From the NCBI GenBank assembly GCA_964016885.1, contig OZ024743.1:109678001-109742000 (forward strand): a DNA stretch of 64,000 bases, read 5' to 3'. Both the position numbers and the translations under genes were made by a program. The DNA is from Eledone cirrhosa (lineage: Eukaryota). The notes under the pieces are model-generated. The model had not been told where the DNA came from and ran no database searches. It worked only from the letters and a program-made list of their open reading frames with translations. Below are positions 27,530-40,079 of the stretch, piece by piece. Positions within the stretch are counted from its first letter, which is position 1; the number at the start of each line of letters is the position of its first letter.

Positions 27530-28570
27530 GATTTGCATATACATAAACATAAAGTCATAGATATATATGTGTTTTGCAACCGGTCACCTTGTAGATCAAT
27601 GCAGAATTAATAATTTAAATAATCAGAACAATATATCATAAATCATGTCTTTAGAATTATTAGATAAAATATATACCATTTCCTCTCCCAATTAGCATAA
27701 TTAACCATATAAAAAATCAATTAGACCAAGCTATAAGAATAAAGTCTCCTATGAAGAAATTTCCGACAAATAACCGAAAGCGGCCTCTTCGCGGTGGCCG
27801 CGATAGAGTATTTATCCAACATTTCAACAGCATGTAGAAATTGACTAAATATACCGTCAACCATACACAATTAGGTGTAAATTCAAACTTAGACGAAATG
27901 CGTACATACCGTAATTATATCTCTACCATGGTTTCGTCCGTATTTTTAGACATCCAATAACAGGATACGTCCAGAGTATCGGACTCATCAGGAGTGAACT
28001 CGAAATTAGACATTTAATTTTCCAAAGTGATCGCGCAAAAAATAGATTCAAAAATAGCTAAGAATCGTGACGTGGCAGTGGTCAAGTTAGAAAGAATGAG
28101 GATTAGTTGCTTACAGCGGGTAGGCTTGTTGCTAGAAAGCGCAGCCCAATATCGCCCAATTGTATCTCAACCTAACGGGAGATTATTAAATATAAAGATT
28201 TACATATACATAAACATAAAGTCATAGATATATATGTGTTTTGCAACCCGTCACGTTGTGGCTCAATGAAGAATTAATAAATTAAATAATCAGAGCAATA
28301 CATCATAAATCATGTCTTTAGAATTATTAGATAAAATATAAACCATTTCCTCTCCCAATTAGTATAAATAAACATATAAAAAATCAATTAGACCAAGCTA
28401 TCAGAATAAAGGCTCCTGTAAAGAAATTTCCGACAAATAACCGAAAGCGCCCTCTTCGCGGTGGCCCCGATACAGTATTTATCCAACATTTCAACAGCAT
28501 GTAGAAATTGACAAAATATACCGGTGCCACCGCGAAGAGGCCGCTTTCGGTTATTTGTCGGAAATTTCTT
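27530..28570 (-). mobile_element. Partial tandem HHR-bearing element (family D) with a terminal inversion
   Basis: Direct repeats ~27536-27855 and ~28203-28522 (offset 667 bp); inverted piece 28525-28570; related to 38945-39330. Confidence 0.75.
27921..27994 (-). ncRNA. Canonical type-I hammerhead ribozyme (family D)
   Basis: ctc-CTGATGA-gtccg...cggac-GAAA-ccatgg-TA-gag; GUA triplet, palindromic stem III. Confidence 0.9.
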
Positions 28571-29376
28571 TACTTAGATAGTTTAGAAAATTTAGAAATA
28601 AAAGGTTTATGGTGGTTGACTTGTACATACACTCACACCTACCCCCTCAGACACTCATACATCTACACACACAAATCCATACAGGTGTGCACATATATAC
28701 ACGCATGCATGTATGTACGCACAAGCATACATATACATATATAAAATATATACATATATATAAAATATATACATATAAAAATATAAAAAATATATATATA
28801 CATAAAATACACACATACATAAAATATTTACACACATAAAACATACATACACAGATATATATACAAAATACACATACATATACATATATATATAAAATAT
28901 ATACATATATATACATACATTTATATAAAGTACACATGTATACGCATATAAAATATATATATATATATATATATACTCATGATACATATATACATATATA
29001 TATAAAAAATCAGGTTCAATAAAACGTGGTTTAGATGACTCCTAACCAGTAGAGGATCCGGTGGACCATCTACCATAGGGACCACAAACTATGGGTGGTT
29101 GTTGTTGTCCATTGGTCATCGGTACGGTGTCTAGGGGATCTACAGGGGGCAGGGGGCGTTGTGTTAGGCTGTAACCGGGGTTTATCCATATAGCTTGAGG
29201 AAAGTTCCTGTCCTTAGGTGTCTGCAGGCACCGAATTAGTCGGCACTACTGTTTAATAGCTTGGTTCCGCCATGAAGAATCTCGAGTGTCTCACTAAGAC
29301 AGAGGTTGCAAATACCAGATCCGCCTCTGTCGGGAGGAACCTTTCTAACCACTGACCAGACCAGAGATGCGGGGTC

Positions 29377-29425
<49 letters not shown>

Positions 29426-29599
29426 ATAATAATAAATTTGAAGACTAAAATCCATAGAGTGCTCGATAAGGATAAATATATATCAGATATATAAGAACCG
29501 TAGAGCAAATATTTATTAAAATTAGATATTAAAGTTTCAGAAGATCCAGTTAAGGGTGAAAGCAGCGATTTTTTGCTTAAACGTTAATCTGTTAATTTA

Positions 29600-29661
<62 letters not shown>

Positions 29662-29666
<5 letters not shown>

Positions 29667-29860
29667 GAAGGAAGTGTGGTAAGGAACCAGATGGAACATA
29701 ACGCACCAGAGTACTCAATACTTAGGGTAGTAGAGTGGTTAATATGAAAATGTTTAATGCCGATGGCAGACCTCCAGCCGTTTCGACGGCTATTTCTGGA
29801 CTCAGAAATAGCCGTTGAAACGGCATGAGCTCTGCCGTCGGGGATAAACATCTTCCTATA
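29662..29860 (-). mobile_element. Short palindromic family E element (3' half of HHR plus tail) in (TA)n
   Basis: Homologous to 38715-38852 and 39750-39958. Confidence 0.75.
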
Positions 29861-32800
29861 TATATATATACATATATATATATATAGAGAGAGAGAGAGA
29901 TATAGATAGGGGGCGAGAGGGGGGGGGGGCAATGAGAGAACTATAGAGAGAGAGTTGGAGCAAGTGGAGGGGAAGTGTAGATTTACAACACTAAATTACA
30001 TTTGATATTACAATGACAATGTAACTGGTTTGGTTGAAAGTGGAGGCAGAAAGATGCATATATCTTCATTATACATGAAGACTAAAGTGACTACAGAAAT
30101 AAATATTGAGGATAACATTAAAAGATATTTCTTAGTTGCATTTAGAGTCAAATGTTACAGTAAGCAGAGCAAGATAGAATGGAAATAAGTAAATATGTAT
30201 GAAGCGTGATATGGATTTTGACGATCTATAATATCTTCATACTTATGTCAAATGATACACACATTTCTTATATCTATGTATTAAAATTCAGTGAATATGT
30301 CAAATGAAATTGTTAATAACCGATAGAAAATATTCGATAAATTATATTGACATATAGTTTTCGAAATGCAATATTCATATTGCTGTCATGTTTTAAAAAA
30401 GAAAAAAAAAACTTATTCCAATGTTGTATTAATATGTTGACAAACTTCAGAATTTCTATTAGAATCTTACGCAACAACTTTATTTCATTTCTATTTCATT
30501 CTACAATGTTTGCTCTTAATCACGTTTGTAGATAATTGATTTTACAAACTGAGGTCTTTGCGTATGAACACACATACTCTTACAGACAGACACAAAATAT
30601 GAATGTTCATACACACCCTTGGTTACAGAGTAAACGATGATCATTGATGGTATATAAAAATTAATTTGGATTAACAGTTTATTTTTGTATGATATAGAAA
30701 ATATTATAAACATGATCCGTGGTATTTGTTCGGAATTGCTGCGCTGTGAGTTCAAATTTCGGTGAGGTCACACCAAGGGAAGTGGAAAGGCGGAAGTATT
30801 AAAATATTGAAAATTATTATTGCGGTACCTATTCAACTCTGTACGTAACGATTTTAAATGATACTTTCTGTCACCAGAGAAGACCTGGCGTTTTAGTAGG
30901 AATCGCAAAATGACAAATTGTAATACTAATGAGAAGATTAATGATTACACAATTTTAGGTTTAATCTTGAAAATCAACATACATATAGCATCAACCATAT
31001 AATATCTAACTTCCCTCTAGTACATTTTACTTGAATGTCATACGTGTTGTGGGTTGCAAATAGGACAATCTGTTTTGTAGCTACAAAGAGAAGGTTGACT
31101 GTTTATTAATTAATGTGATCGTATCGTACAAAGTTTAATATCAGAATACTACATACCTTAAATCACTAAGAATAGGCACAGCATTAAACAATCATTCTAG
31201 AATAGTAAGCATGTGAAACTTTTTAAAATATGCCTTGTGATTATGTATTTTTAATTTACGTTCAAAATACTTATCCCTATTTCAGATTTATCATACGCCT
31301 TTGGATGAGATGAAGTAGCAATCAAATGCTTAGGTACATCCATCTCTTACATCGGCTGGCCTGACAGCGACGCTGCGCAGTGGGAAGCATGTGATAGGAG
31401 AGCGTCCCTAATTGTCCACTAACAAACACAGAGGCTTCTAGGACAGCATAAAAAGTAGGTTTCATGCTGCTATAAATTAATATTCGATTCACAGTGAGGG
31501 TTTTGTTAATTACATAAATGTACTTTGTGTCAGTTATTTGAGAACAACAAAACAGAAATTAGAAATCAATTAATAGTTACATATAAGGTTTGCCAATAGA
31601 TCTATAGTTTACTAGCAGCGATGCCAAACTTTCCGGTAGGAAGAATACTTTTTAGAATAACTGTAAATTTAAATCTCAGAATGTTCTTGAGTTTATAATG
31701 TTCAGGTACGATAAAAAAATTGAGCATCCTTCATTACAGCTTATGTAATAATGCTGATAGTTATTTTTTAATGCGAAATTGCTTAAAATATGGCTGCAAG
31801 AATATCTGGTATTGCGCAATTGTCATTGAAATCTCTATAATCCTTCACTAATATTCTTCTCCCCCCCAAAAAATAAAATATCAATGACAAAATAAAAATA
31901 AATTAAAAAAATTCAAAATTATTTTCTCCTCTGAATATTAAACAAAATGAAAAAGAAACAGACATAGTTTTTAAATAAAAAGAAATATAAATTGTCATAA
32001 TGTGAAATATTAGGGATTAAAACAGACATTTCTTGTAATATAATAATAGTGTGCATAGTTAAATATGTTTTTCTGTATTTTGCTGGTTTTGTGCGTCTTC
32101 TGAAATTTTAAATGTTTCGGGCTTCTTATCACAATGGCCGCACAATTCATTCCCTGTTACATAGCCCAGCAGCAATATTATTATTTGTCATTTCAATTCT
32201 ATGGAAGTTATTTCAAATATGAATATCGCTATTCAGTATATAATTCGCACGCAAGCAGAGATACACAGTCTCTCAGACAGCAATACACATACACGCATGA
32301 AAAATGCACATGAACACGCATTTGACACCCAATCGCATACAAGCATACACAAGAATATAAAATACATTTCTTAGTCACAAACACACACTTCAACACATAT
32401 TTTACATCTATACACATGCACCCATATCATGCAATCATATTATACAAAAACGCATTAACGTATATCCCTCTCATAAAAATGACGCAGTCATATATTTCAC
32501 ACCTAAGCAAATACAATCACATACATACAAATAACCAGATAATTCATCTCATAAACACATACAGACAACACAACATCTCACATATTTTCATAGCCAAGCC
32601 CGCATGTACAGAAGAGACATTAGAATCTCAGAAGAGATCTATACACGTTTAGCCAAAATCAAGGAAGGGAACCACTCCTGGATTGTTTGACAGCATTCAA
32701 TGAACTTATACAAAACAGACAAAATTGAATGAAATTATTATTATGAATATTGTTATTATCCTTGTAGTAGTAGTAGTAGTAGTAGTAGTGTTATTCTTGT

Positions 32801-33189
32801 TGTTGTTCTTCTTCTTCTGGTTGTTAATTTTACCATTATATTTACTGTTATTATAATATAATAATTATTTATTTTGTTTCCATTTTTATTATTATTTTTC
32901 ATAGTGGTCTTTGTGACTGGCAGAGAGACATTAAGATCAATTATGGGCATTAATTTACACATCCATTTCATAAATATGCAGACAGCCGAAAGAAACAAAA
33001 GTAAGAGAAGAGATGTGGACTTGGGGAAAATAATGAGAATACGGCCGAAGGCAGACACAGGAGAGAGGAATGAAATCAAATTACATCATCAGTAGGAGGT
33101 TAGGAATCCAAATTTCATGCATGTATATATAAGTCTATACATATCCCAAATACATCCCCTACATATTTATATGTATAGACATAAATATA

Positions 33190-33262
<73 letters not shown>

Positions 33263-33284
33263 TTATATATATACACACACACAA

Positions 33285-33340
<56 letters not shown>

Positions 33341-33367
33341 TTATATATATGCATGTATATATATGTA

Positions 33368-33465
<98 letters not shown>

Positions 33466-33571
33466 CATACATATATATATACATATATATATATAAATAT
33501 ATAATATATATATATACATATATATACATATATATATATATATAAATATATATATATATATTTATATATAC

Positions 33572-33603
<32 letters not shown>

Positions 33604-33727
33604 ATGTATCTATAGGTTATATGTAACTCACAGTCTATAAAACTACTTCCACTATAAGAACGTATGCATGTTTGCACTGATTTTTCCTCACGTGTGTACA
33701 TGCTACGTCTTATATATATATATATAT

Positions 33728-33830
<103 letters not shown>

Positions 33831-33897
33831 ATTTGCATTGTCGAGGCTTCCAAACTACTTAAATATATATATATATATGTACACATATATATGTATG

Positions 33898-33995
<98 letters not shown>

Positions 33996-34115
33996 TTAGT
34001 TAAGCAAATCAAGGCCACAAATTTCACAAGGAAGACATTATTAAAAGATTGTCAACATAATTTTAGTTTGATGTATGGAATGTAGAGAATAATAATAATA
34101 ATAATATTAATAATA

Positions 34116-34302
34116 ATTGTTTCTCCTTTTGGCACAAGGCCAGCAATTACCCAGTGTATTACTGGTACTTGATTTTATCGACCCCGTAAGGATGAAAGGC
34201 AAAGTTAACCTCGGCGGGATTTGAACTCAGACCGTAAAGGGACGTAACTGTGCTAGAAAGCATGGCGTCCAACCCTCTACCGTTACTGCGAATTCATCGC
34301 CT
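34116..34302 (-). mobile_element. tRNA-derived SINE
   Basis: Reverse-complement match to 19824-20010. Confidence 0.88.
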
Positions 34303-34324
34303 AATCATATTAATAATAATAATG

Positions 34325-35870
34325 TCCGTTTACAATTGTTTCGCCACTCCATATAATGTTTCTGGATCACATGATTATAGATCATTATTGATCTGGTTCA
34401 GTTGAAAATAATTAACTTAGGTACTATTAGAGCAGCTCATCGGAACTTCAAAAGGAATATAAATTAAAATAAGGAAAGAATGTTACATGAATGTAATGTT
34501 CCATATATTGGTATTTCACTATGGTGTACTGGGTATATCTATTGTCTACCATAGTCAAGCAGTATTCTTCTGTCGAGGCTGCATTGTGTGAGATATGCCT
34601 ATGGGTAACAAGATAGCCGCCAATGGACATATTTCCCATACTAATTAGAGGGTGGTTTCAGGGGAAGTAACTCCTCGAGAAATTATAAATTGTGGGTGGT
34701 TTATAGTTAAGAAGTGCTTATAATTATCTAAGTTAGCCATAACTATTTAACTTATTAGCTCTAAGTAAATATTGGGTTAGATGACTATGTTGGGTCAAAT
34801 ATTCTGTTGGCGAAGGAATTAGCCCTTCGATGTTGACAGCTAATAGTTACCTCCGTTCTATCGTTAATCGGTAGCGGTCGTGAGTTATGTAATATGCTTC
34901 GGTAAGACAGAGTTCAGAATAGTTTCTTCGTCCATTGAACGGTCGGCCCTAGCCAAGATATCACAAGTTAGTGAGTGTTCAATGTTGGTTAATTTAAGGT
35001 TTTTAATGAGCCCAGCTAGAGATGTCCAACATTTGTTGTTAGGGTCTCGGAAGGAAAAAGAGTGCGTGTTATAGCGTACCTTAAAAGGGTTAGAGTTAGA
35101 GCCGATATAGGAGCTGGTATGCGAAGTAGTTTTAACTGTGCACCTATAAACTATATTGGGTGTCAGGCAATGTCCATTTAGTGGGCATGCATTAGGGTAA
35201 CGGCAGTTGCAGTTACTTCTGCGGTTAGTGAGAGTAGGGTTGTTTAAACTATGCGGTTGGTCCGTGCTAGAAGGATTAGATGGGGGAGGTGTGCTACTAG
35301 AGTAAGTATTGATGTAGTGTCGTGGTGTATTGGATGGGGGTGGTGGTACCGCGGTGTGGGAGTTATACTGTCTTAGTTTATGATGGTTACTGAATGCGAT
35401 GTGTCTAGCTAGGTTAGGTGTTGTGGAGAATGATATTTTAATGGTGTTTTTATTAAAGAGTTTGTAATATCTATGGTTGGGAGGGATGCTTAGATAGGAT
35501 AGAGAAGAAGCGTTTAGGGATATTAGTGGCTAGATTAGATGAGAATGGGGTGTTAAGCGAAGTGATATTTCTAGGCTTATTCCTTCTAGGGGGTCTAGTG
35601 GAGTTGGTAGGGGCCTTCATAGGGTTATTATAACCTGGGCATTTGTTATTTGTCATCACATTGCTCATTCCTATTCTAGGAAGTAGACCACTGCCACCAT
35701 TAAGGTTCCTCGTATAGGTGCTGTTACTGCTAATATTCCGGCGTATCTGGCTATATGCTATGCTACGGTATTTCTAGTGCTAGTGTGAAGTTTATTATGG
35801 TTGTGGTGAAGTGCTGTCTCTACTCCTCTCCTATCTCTTCTCCTATCTCCATCTCTCTCTTTAAGATTGG
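34325..35870 (-). mobile_element. Penelope-like element remnant (thumb, Cys linker, GIY-YIG, 3' HHR)
   Basis: RNITSLNTPFSSNLATNIPKRF, then CNCRYPNACPLNGHCLTPNIVYRCTVKTTSHTSSYIG at 35101-35215. Confidence 0.82.
34328..34446 (-). ncRNA. Type-I hammerhead motif with a U4C core change and long stem II
   Basis: gtt-CCGATGA-gctgctcta...tggagtggc-GAAA-caattg-TA-aac. Confidence 0.75.
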
Positions 35871-35898
35871 TTACTCTTGTACTGTGTGTAGATATATA

Positions 35899-35949
<51 letters not shown>

Positions 35950-36110
35950 GCTGACTATTTCTGTAGAGAAGGTAAATGAATGAAGAGTACTCTACGTATA
36001 GTACAGAACTAGTTGATTACATAATAAACAACACAATATAATTATCCATTACCAACATTTTCAGGAAACTATATTAATTTCAATTCTTATATCCCCAAAA
36101 TAACTGTTTC

Positions 36111-36180
36111 ATCTGATGAACGAGCTGAACATTTATGTAAGGGAGGTCTACTTGCCTGAAACACAATTATATTGTGTTGT
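36111..36180 (+). ncRNA. Degenerate hammerhead-like motif (family F) in a short inverted element at 35945-36195
   Basis: CTGATGA-a cgag..cttg cct-GAAA-cacaa ttata ttgtg-TT; weak stem I. A related sequence at ~44012-44040 has GTC at the triplet. Confidence 0.45.
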
Positions 36181-36189
36181 TCATTATGT

Positions 36190-36308
<119 letters not shown>

Positions 36309-36319
36309 AACGAGTAGGT

Positions 36320-36413
36320 CCCCAACGGCTGAGCTCAAGCCGTTTCGACGGCTAATTCTGGACTAAATGAAAATGTTTATCCTTGTATTTGAATAGCCGA
36401 GCTTCTCAAGGGG
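36320..36413 (-). ncRNA. Hammerhead motif, U3-A8 core variant (family E, inverted copy)
   Basis: cccc-TTGAGAA-g..cggcta/tagccg.c-GAAA-cggct tgagctc agccg-TT-gggg. Confidence 0.7.
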
Positions 36414-36944
36414 TAATTCCATATATGGTCAAAGTGATTGTCACAAGGATTGGTCAAAAGTTTGTTGTTGAGACATAATAATTCTATGATGGCAATTTGT
36501 GGAGGTAAGGGGTAGCTAAACCTGCCAGTAGGAGAAAGAGGGAGAGGGAGTGGAGGAGACCCATTCATGCGTTGATAGTGCCGACTACAGCTGGGCATGA
36601 AGTCAAAGAAGATACTAGGGAGTGGGAGGAAGTCGAAACAATAAATAGAACAATAAGGGGTAAATATATAGAAAAATACTGAGAGTGTTAAAAAGCAATT
36701 AAATGTAAAAAAAAAACAACAATATCTGGTTACTACGACCTAAATATCTCACTGGTACTGCTAGGCTAAACAAATATACTAGGTGGGACGGAATTATAAT
36801 GAGACCCTTTTAAGAGGTACAAGTAATAAACCGAGTATATCTTACGGTGACGGGTCAACAAGTGAGGGGCCAAAATACTAAAGAAACTACCACAAAATAA
36901 TAAATAAAGGTTTCTACGCCAGGCACAAGGCCAGCAACCACCCA

Positions 36945-37574
36945 GTGCAAAAAAGTAAACTAATACGAAATAATAAACACCGCTACCACAACATAATAAA
37001 CAAAAATACCATCAAACTCTCTTACAGCACTACACCAAACTTTGCACAACACATCGTCTCCTCAAACAACAAAAAACTCAAACCCTATGGAAGAAATAAC
37101 CTAAATAGCAGTGGAGAGCCGACCAGGAGGTGCAACTGTCCTGATGGATCCATTTTCCCCCTCGACAACAGATGCAGAGATCGTCATGTGATCTACCAGT
37201 GCAACGTGAGGACGGACACCTCCAACAAAGCTTATATAGGATTAACCGCATGTAACTTCAAGACCCGGCTATACCAACACAGACATACCTTCCGAAACCC
37301 GGCCCGGCGTCACGCCACTACACTTTCGGGCCACACATGGGACCTCAAGGATAAACACATTACCTATGATCTCACTTGGAGATTACTGTCCAGAGCCAAC
37401 TCTTACACGGGAGGACGCCGTCCATGTAATTTATGCTCGGAGGAAACTTTACAAATGCTGTTTTCGACGGACCAACTCCTAAACAAGAAAGATGAACTGG
37501 TTACTGCATGTAAACACAGATTTCGTAGGACTTACCTCGCCCTCAAACCCCATAATGACCCGGGGTGGGGGTAG
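36945..37574 (+). pseudogene. 5'-truncated PLE ORF: thumb, Cys linker and GIY-YIG endonuclease
   Basis: NKNTIKLSYS, CNCPDGSIFPLDNRC, VIYQCNV..AYIGLT..FKTRLYQH, TLSGHTWDLK, CNLCSEE, LNKKDELVTACKHR. Confidence 0.88.
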
Positions 37575-38669
37575 ACTAGGGCTATAACACCCCACTTGCC
37601 GATTGTGTAATGGGTAACCCCTGCTTGCTAAGGTAGACGTAAGATCTTCTTTTATATCTTTCTATCGCTTCCTCTATACTTCCTTCTTCCCCCCCCATCC
37701 CTCCCTAGTCCTTCCACCCCAGATCTCTTTCTTTGTTGTCGTCTTTTTCTCGCCCACCCGAGACAGCCCCTCGGTCCTTTGTAGCCTCAGTACCCCCACC
37801 CCTTCCCCAATTATATGATAGATGTGGCCGACTCCGCTTTTTATAGCATATGTGTTAGACCCCGGATACTTGCCCTCTTATCCGACCACAGCCCCCTTTC
37901 CGTGCTTTCTATATTTCTTAGTGGTATCTTGGCTTTAATTTCTCGTTTATCAGTATTTATTTTTTTTTGCGTAGTGATTCTGAATTAAACTTCCGTATCA
38001 AATTTTGCATATACTTCGTACGAGCTTTTATGTAGCTTGCACTAGAATTTTGTATCGTGGCGGCACTCTTAGAGACAGTATTAGTATTCTTTTTCGGGAC
38101 TCTGATTTATTATTTCGTATTAGTTTAATTTTTTGCACTGGGTGGTTGCTGGCCTTGTGCCTGGCGTAGAAAATTTTATTTATTATTTCGTGGTAGTTTC
38201 TTTAGTATTTTGGCCCCTCACTTGTTGACCCTTCACCGTAAGATATACTCGGTTTATTACTTGTACCTCTTAAAAGGGTCTCATTATAATTCCGTCCCAC
38301 CTAGTATATTTTTTTAGCCTAGCAGTACCAGTTAGAGACTTAGGTCGTAATAACTAAATATTGTTTATTTTTTTTTTACATTTAATTGCTTTTTAACACT
38401 CAGTATTTTTCTATATATTTACCCCTTATTGTTCTACTTATTGTTTCGACTTCCTCCCACTCCCTAGTATCTTCTTTGACTTCATGCCCAGCTGTAGTCG
38501 GCACTATCAACGCATGAATGGGTCTCCTCCACTCCCTCTCCCTCTTTCTCCTACTGGCAGGTTTAGCTACCCCTTCCCTCCACAAATTGCCATCATAGAA
38601 TTATTATGTCTCAACAACAAACTTTTGACCAATCCTTGTGACAATCACTTTGACCATATATCGAATTAC

Positions 38670-38757
38670 CCCTTGAGAAGCTCGGCTAAATACCAGGATA
38701 AACATTTTCATTTAGTCCAGAATTAGCCGTCGAAACGGCTTGAGCTCAGCCGTCGGA
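38670..38757 (+). ncRNA. Hammerhead motif, U3-A8 core variant (family E)
   Basis: cc-TTGAGAA-g..cggctaa/ttagccg.c-GAAA-cggct..agccg-TC-gg; GUC triplet. Confidence 0.7.
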
Positions 38758-38877
38758 GTCCTACTCGTTCCTATTACCCACTCTACTACCCTAAGTATTG
38801 AGTACTTTGGTGCGTTATGGTCCACCTGGTTCCTTACCACTTTTCCTCCGTTATATATATATATATATTAATAAATA

Positions 38878-38932
<55 letters not shown>

Positions 38933-38954
38933 ATATATATATATAGCGAGTTTG

Positions 38955-39031
38955 TCCCCTGAAGAGCTCTAAAACTCGAGTCTTATCCTTAATGAGGTAT
39001 CTCAAAAGTGAGCGAAACACATGGATCGGGA
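38955..39031 (+). ncRNA. Hammerhead motif (diverged family D)
   Basis: tccc-CTGAAGA-gctc...gagc-GAAA-cacatgga-TC-ggga; imperfect stem III. The downstream ~300 bp resembles the reverse complement of 27600-27850. Confidence 0.65.
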
Positions 39032-39749
39032 TTTAGTGATCTAATCCTCGTATGTATATAAGCATTTCTAACTTTAATTTAACCTAATTATGTATGGTTG
39101 GCCGTACATTTAATTAATGTCCACGTGCTGTTGAAATGTTGGGTAAATATTATGTAGCTGTTGGACACGAAGACGCCGCTGTGGTCTACTGTTTCTTCAT
39201 AGATGCCTTTTATTCTTATAGCGTGGTCCAATTGATTTTTTATGTGGTTAATTATGCTGATTGGGAGTAGAGATGATTTATATATATTATCAAATAATTA
39301 TCTGGACATGCTTTACTCTATAGTATATATATATGTATTTCAGTACATAGGGGCAGTGACTGGAAAAGATAAGCCTCGTATTAAGGCATCTTTTGTACTG
39401 ACTTAACCGTTAAAATTGGTTCTATCGGTCATTGTTGGACAATTTAACACAAGTAACTGACAGATATTGGTTAACTAATCATCACCACTTGCTCCCGAAA
39501 TGGAGTCGATATTCTGGCCGCATTGGAACGTTCGTATATATGTTGCTACCTTTGGCGATGATCCGGTTGCCCACATTGGAGACGATATAATACAGAAGAT
39601 TTCAAATCAAGATTATTGCAAAATAAATGCATACATGGACACCCACACACACACACGAATATATACACATATATACATATGTATATATATATAGAGAGAG
39701 AGGTGTATATATATATATATATATATGTGTATATATATATATATGTATA

Positions 39750-39954
39750 TGGAAAATGTTCAAGATCGTGACGGCAGAGATCGAGCCGATTCGACGGCTA
39801 TTTCTGGATTCAGTCCAGTAAGAAATTGCCGTCGAAACGGCTCGATCTCTTCCGTCGGGATCTTGAACATGTTCCTATTGCCAACTCTACTACCCTATGT
39901 ATTGAGTACTCTGGTGCGTTATGGTCCACTTGGTTCCTTACTACACGTCCTTCG

Positions 39955-39958
<4 letters not shown>
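39750..39958 (+). mobile_element. Short palindromic family E element in (TA)n
   Basis: Inverted arms centred near 39812; tail homologous to 38770-38852. Confidence 0.75.
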
Positions 39959-40008
<50 letters not shown>

Positions 40009-40038
40009 ATTCGAGAAATCTAACTAATACGTTTTGAT

Positions 40039-40079
<41 letters not shown>

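Noticed and set aside
27485-27530. CTGATGA on the plus strand
   Set aside because: No partner stem II or GAAA downstream; at most a truncated half.
29262-29341. Possible hammerhead (ggttcc..ATGAAGA..gtc..ggaacc)
   Set aside because: Both core halves are mismatched and there is no clear stem III.
36377-36598. Duplicated small ORF MPSCSRHYQR (also 38484..38726)
   Set aside because: Consequence of the pLTR inverted duplication; no recognisable protein motif.
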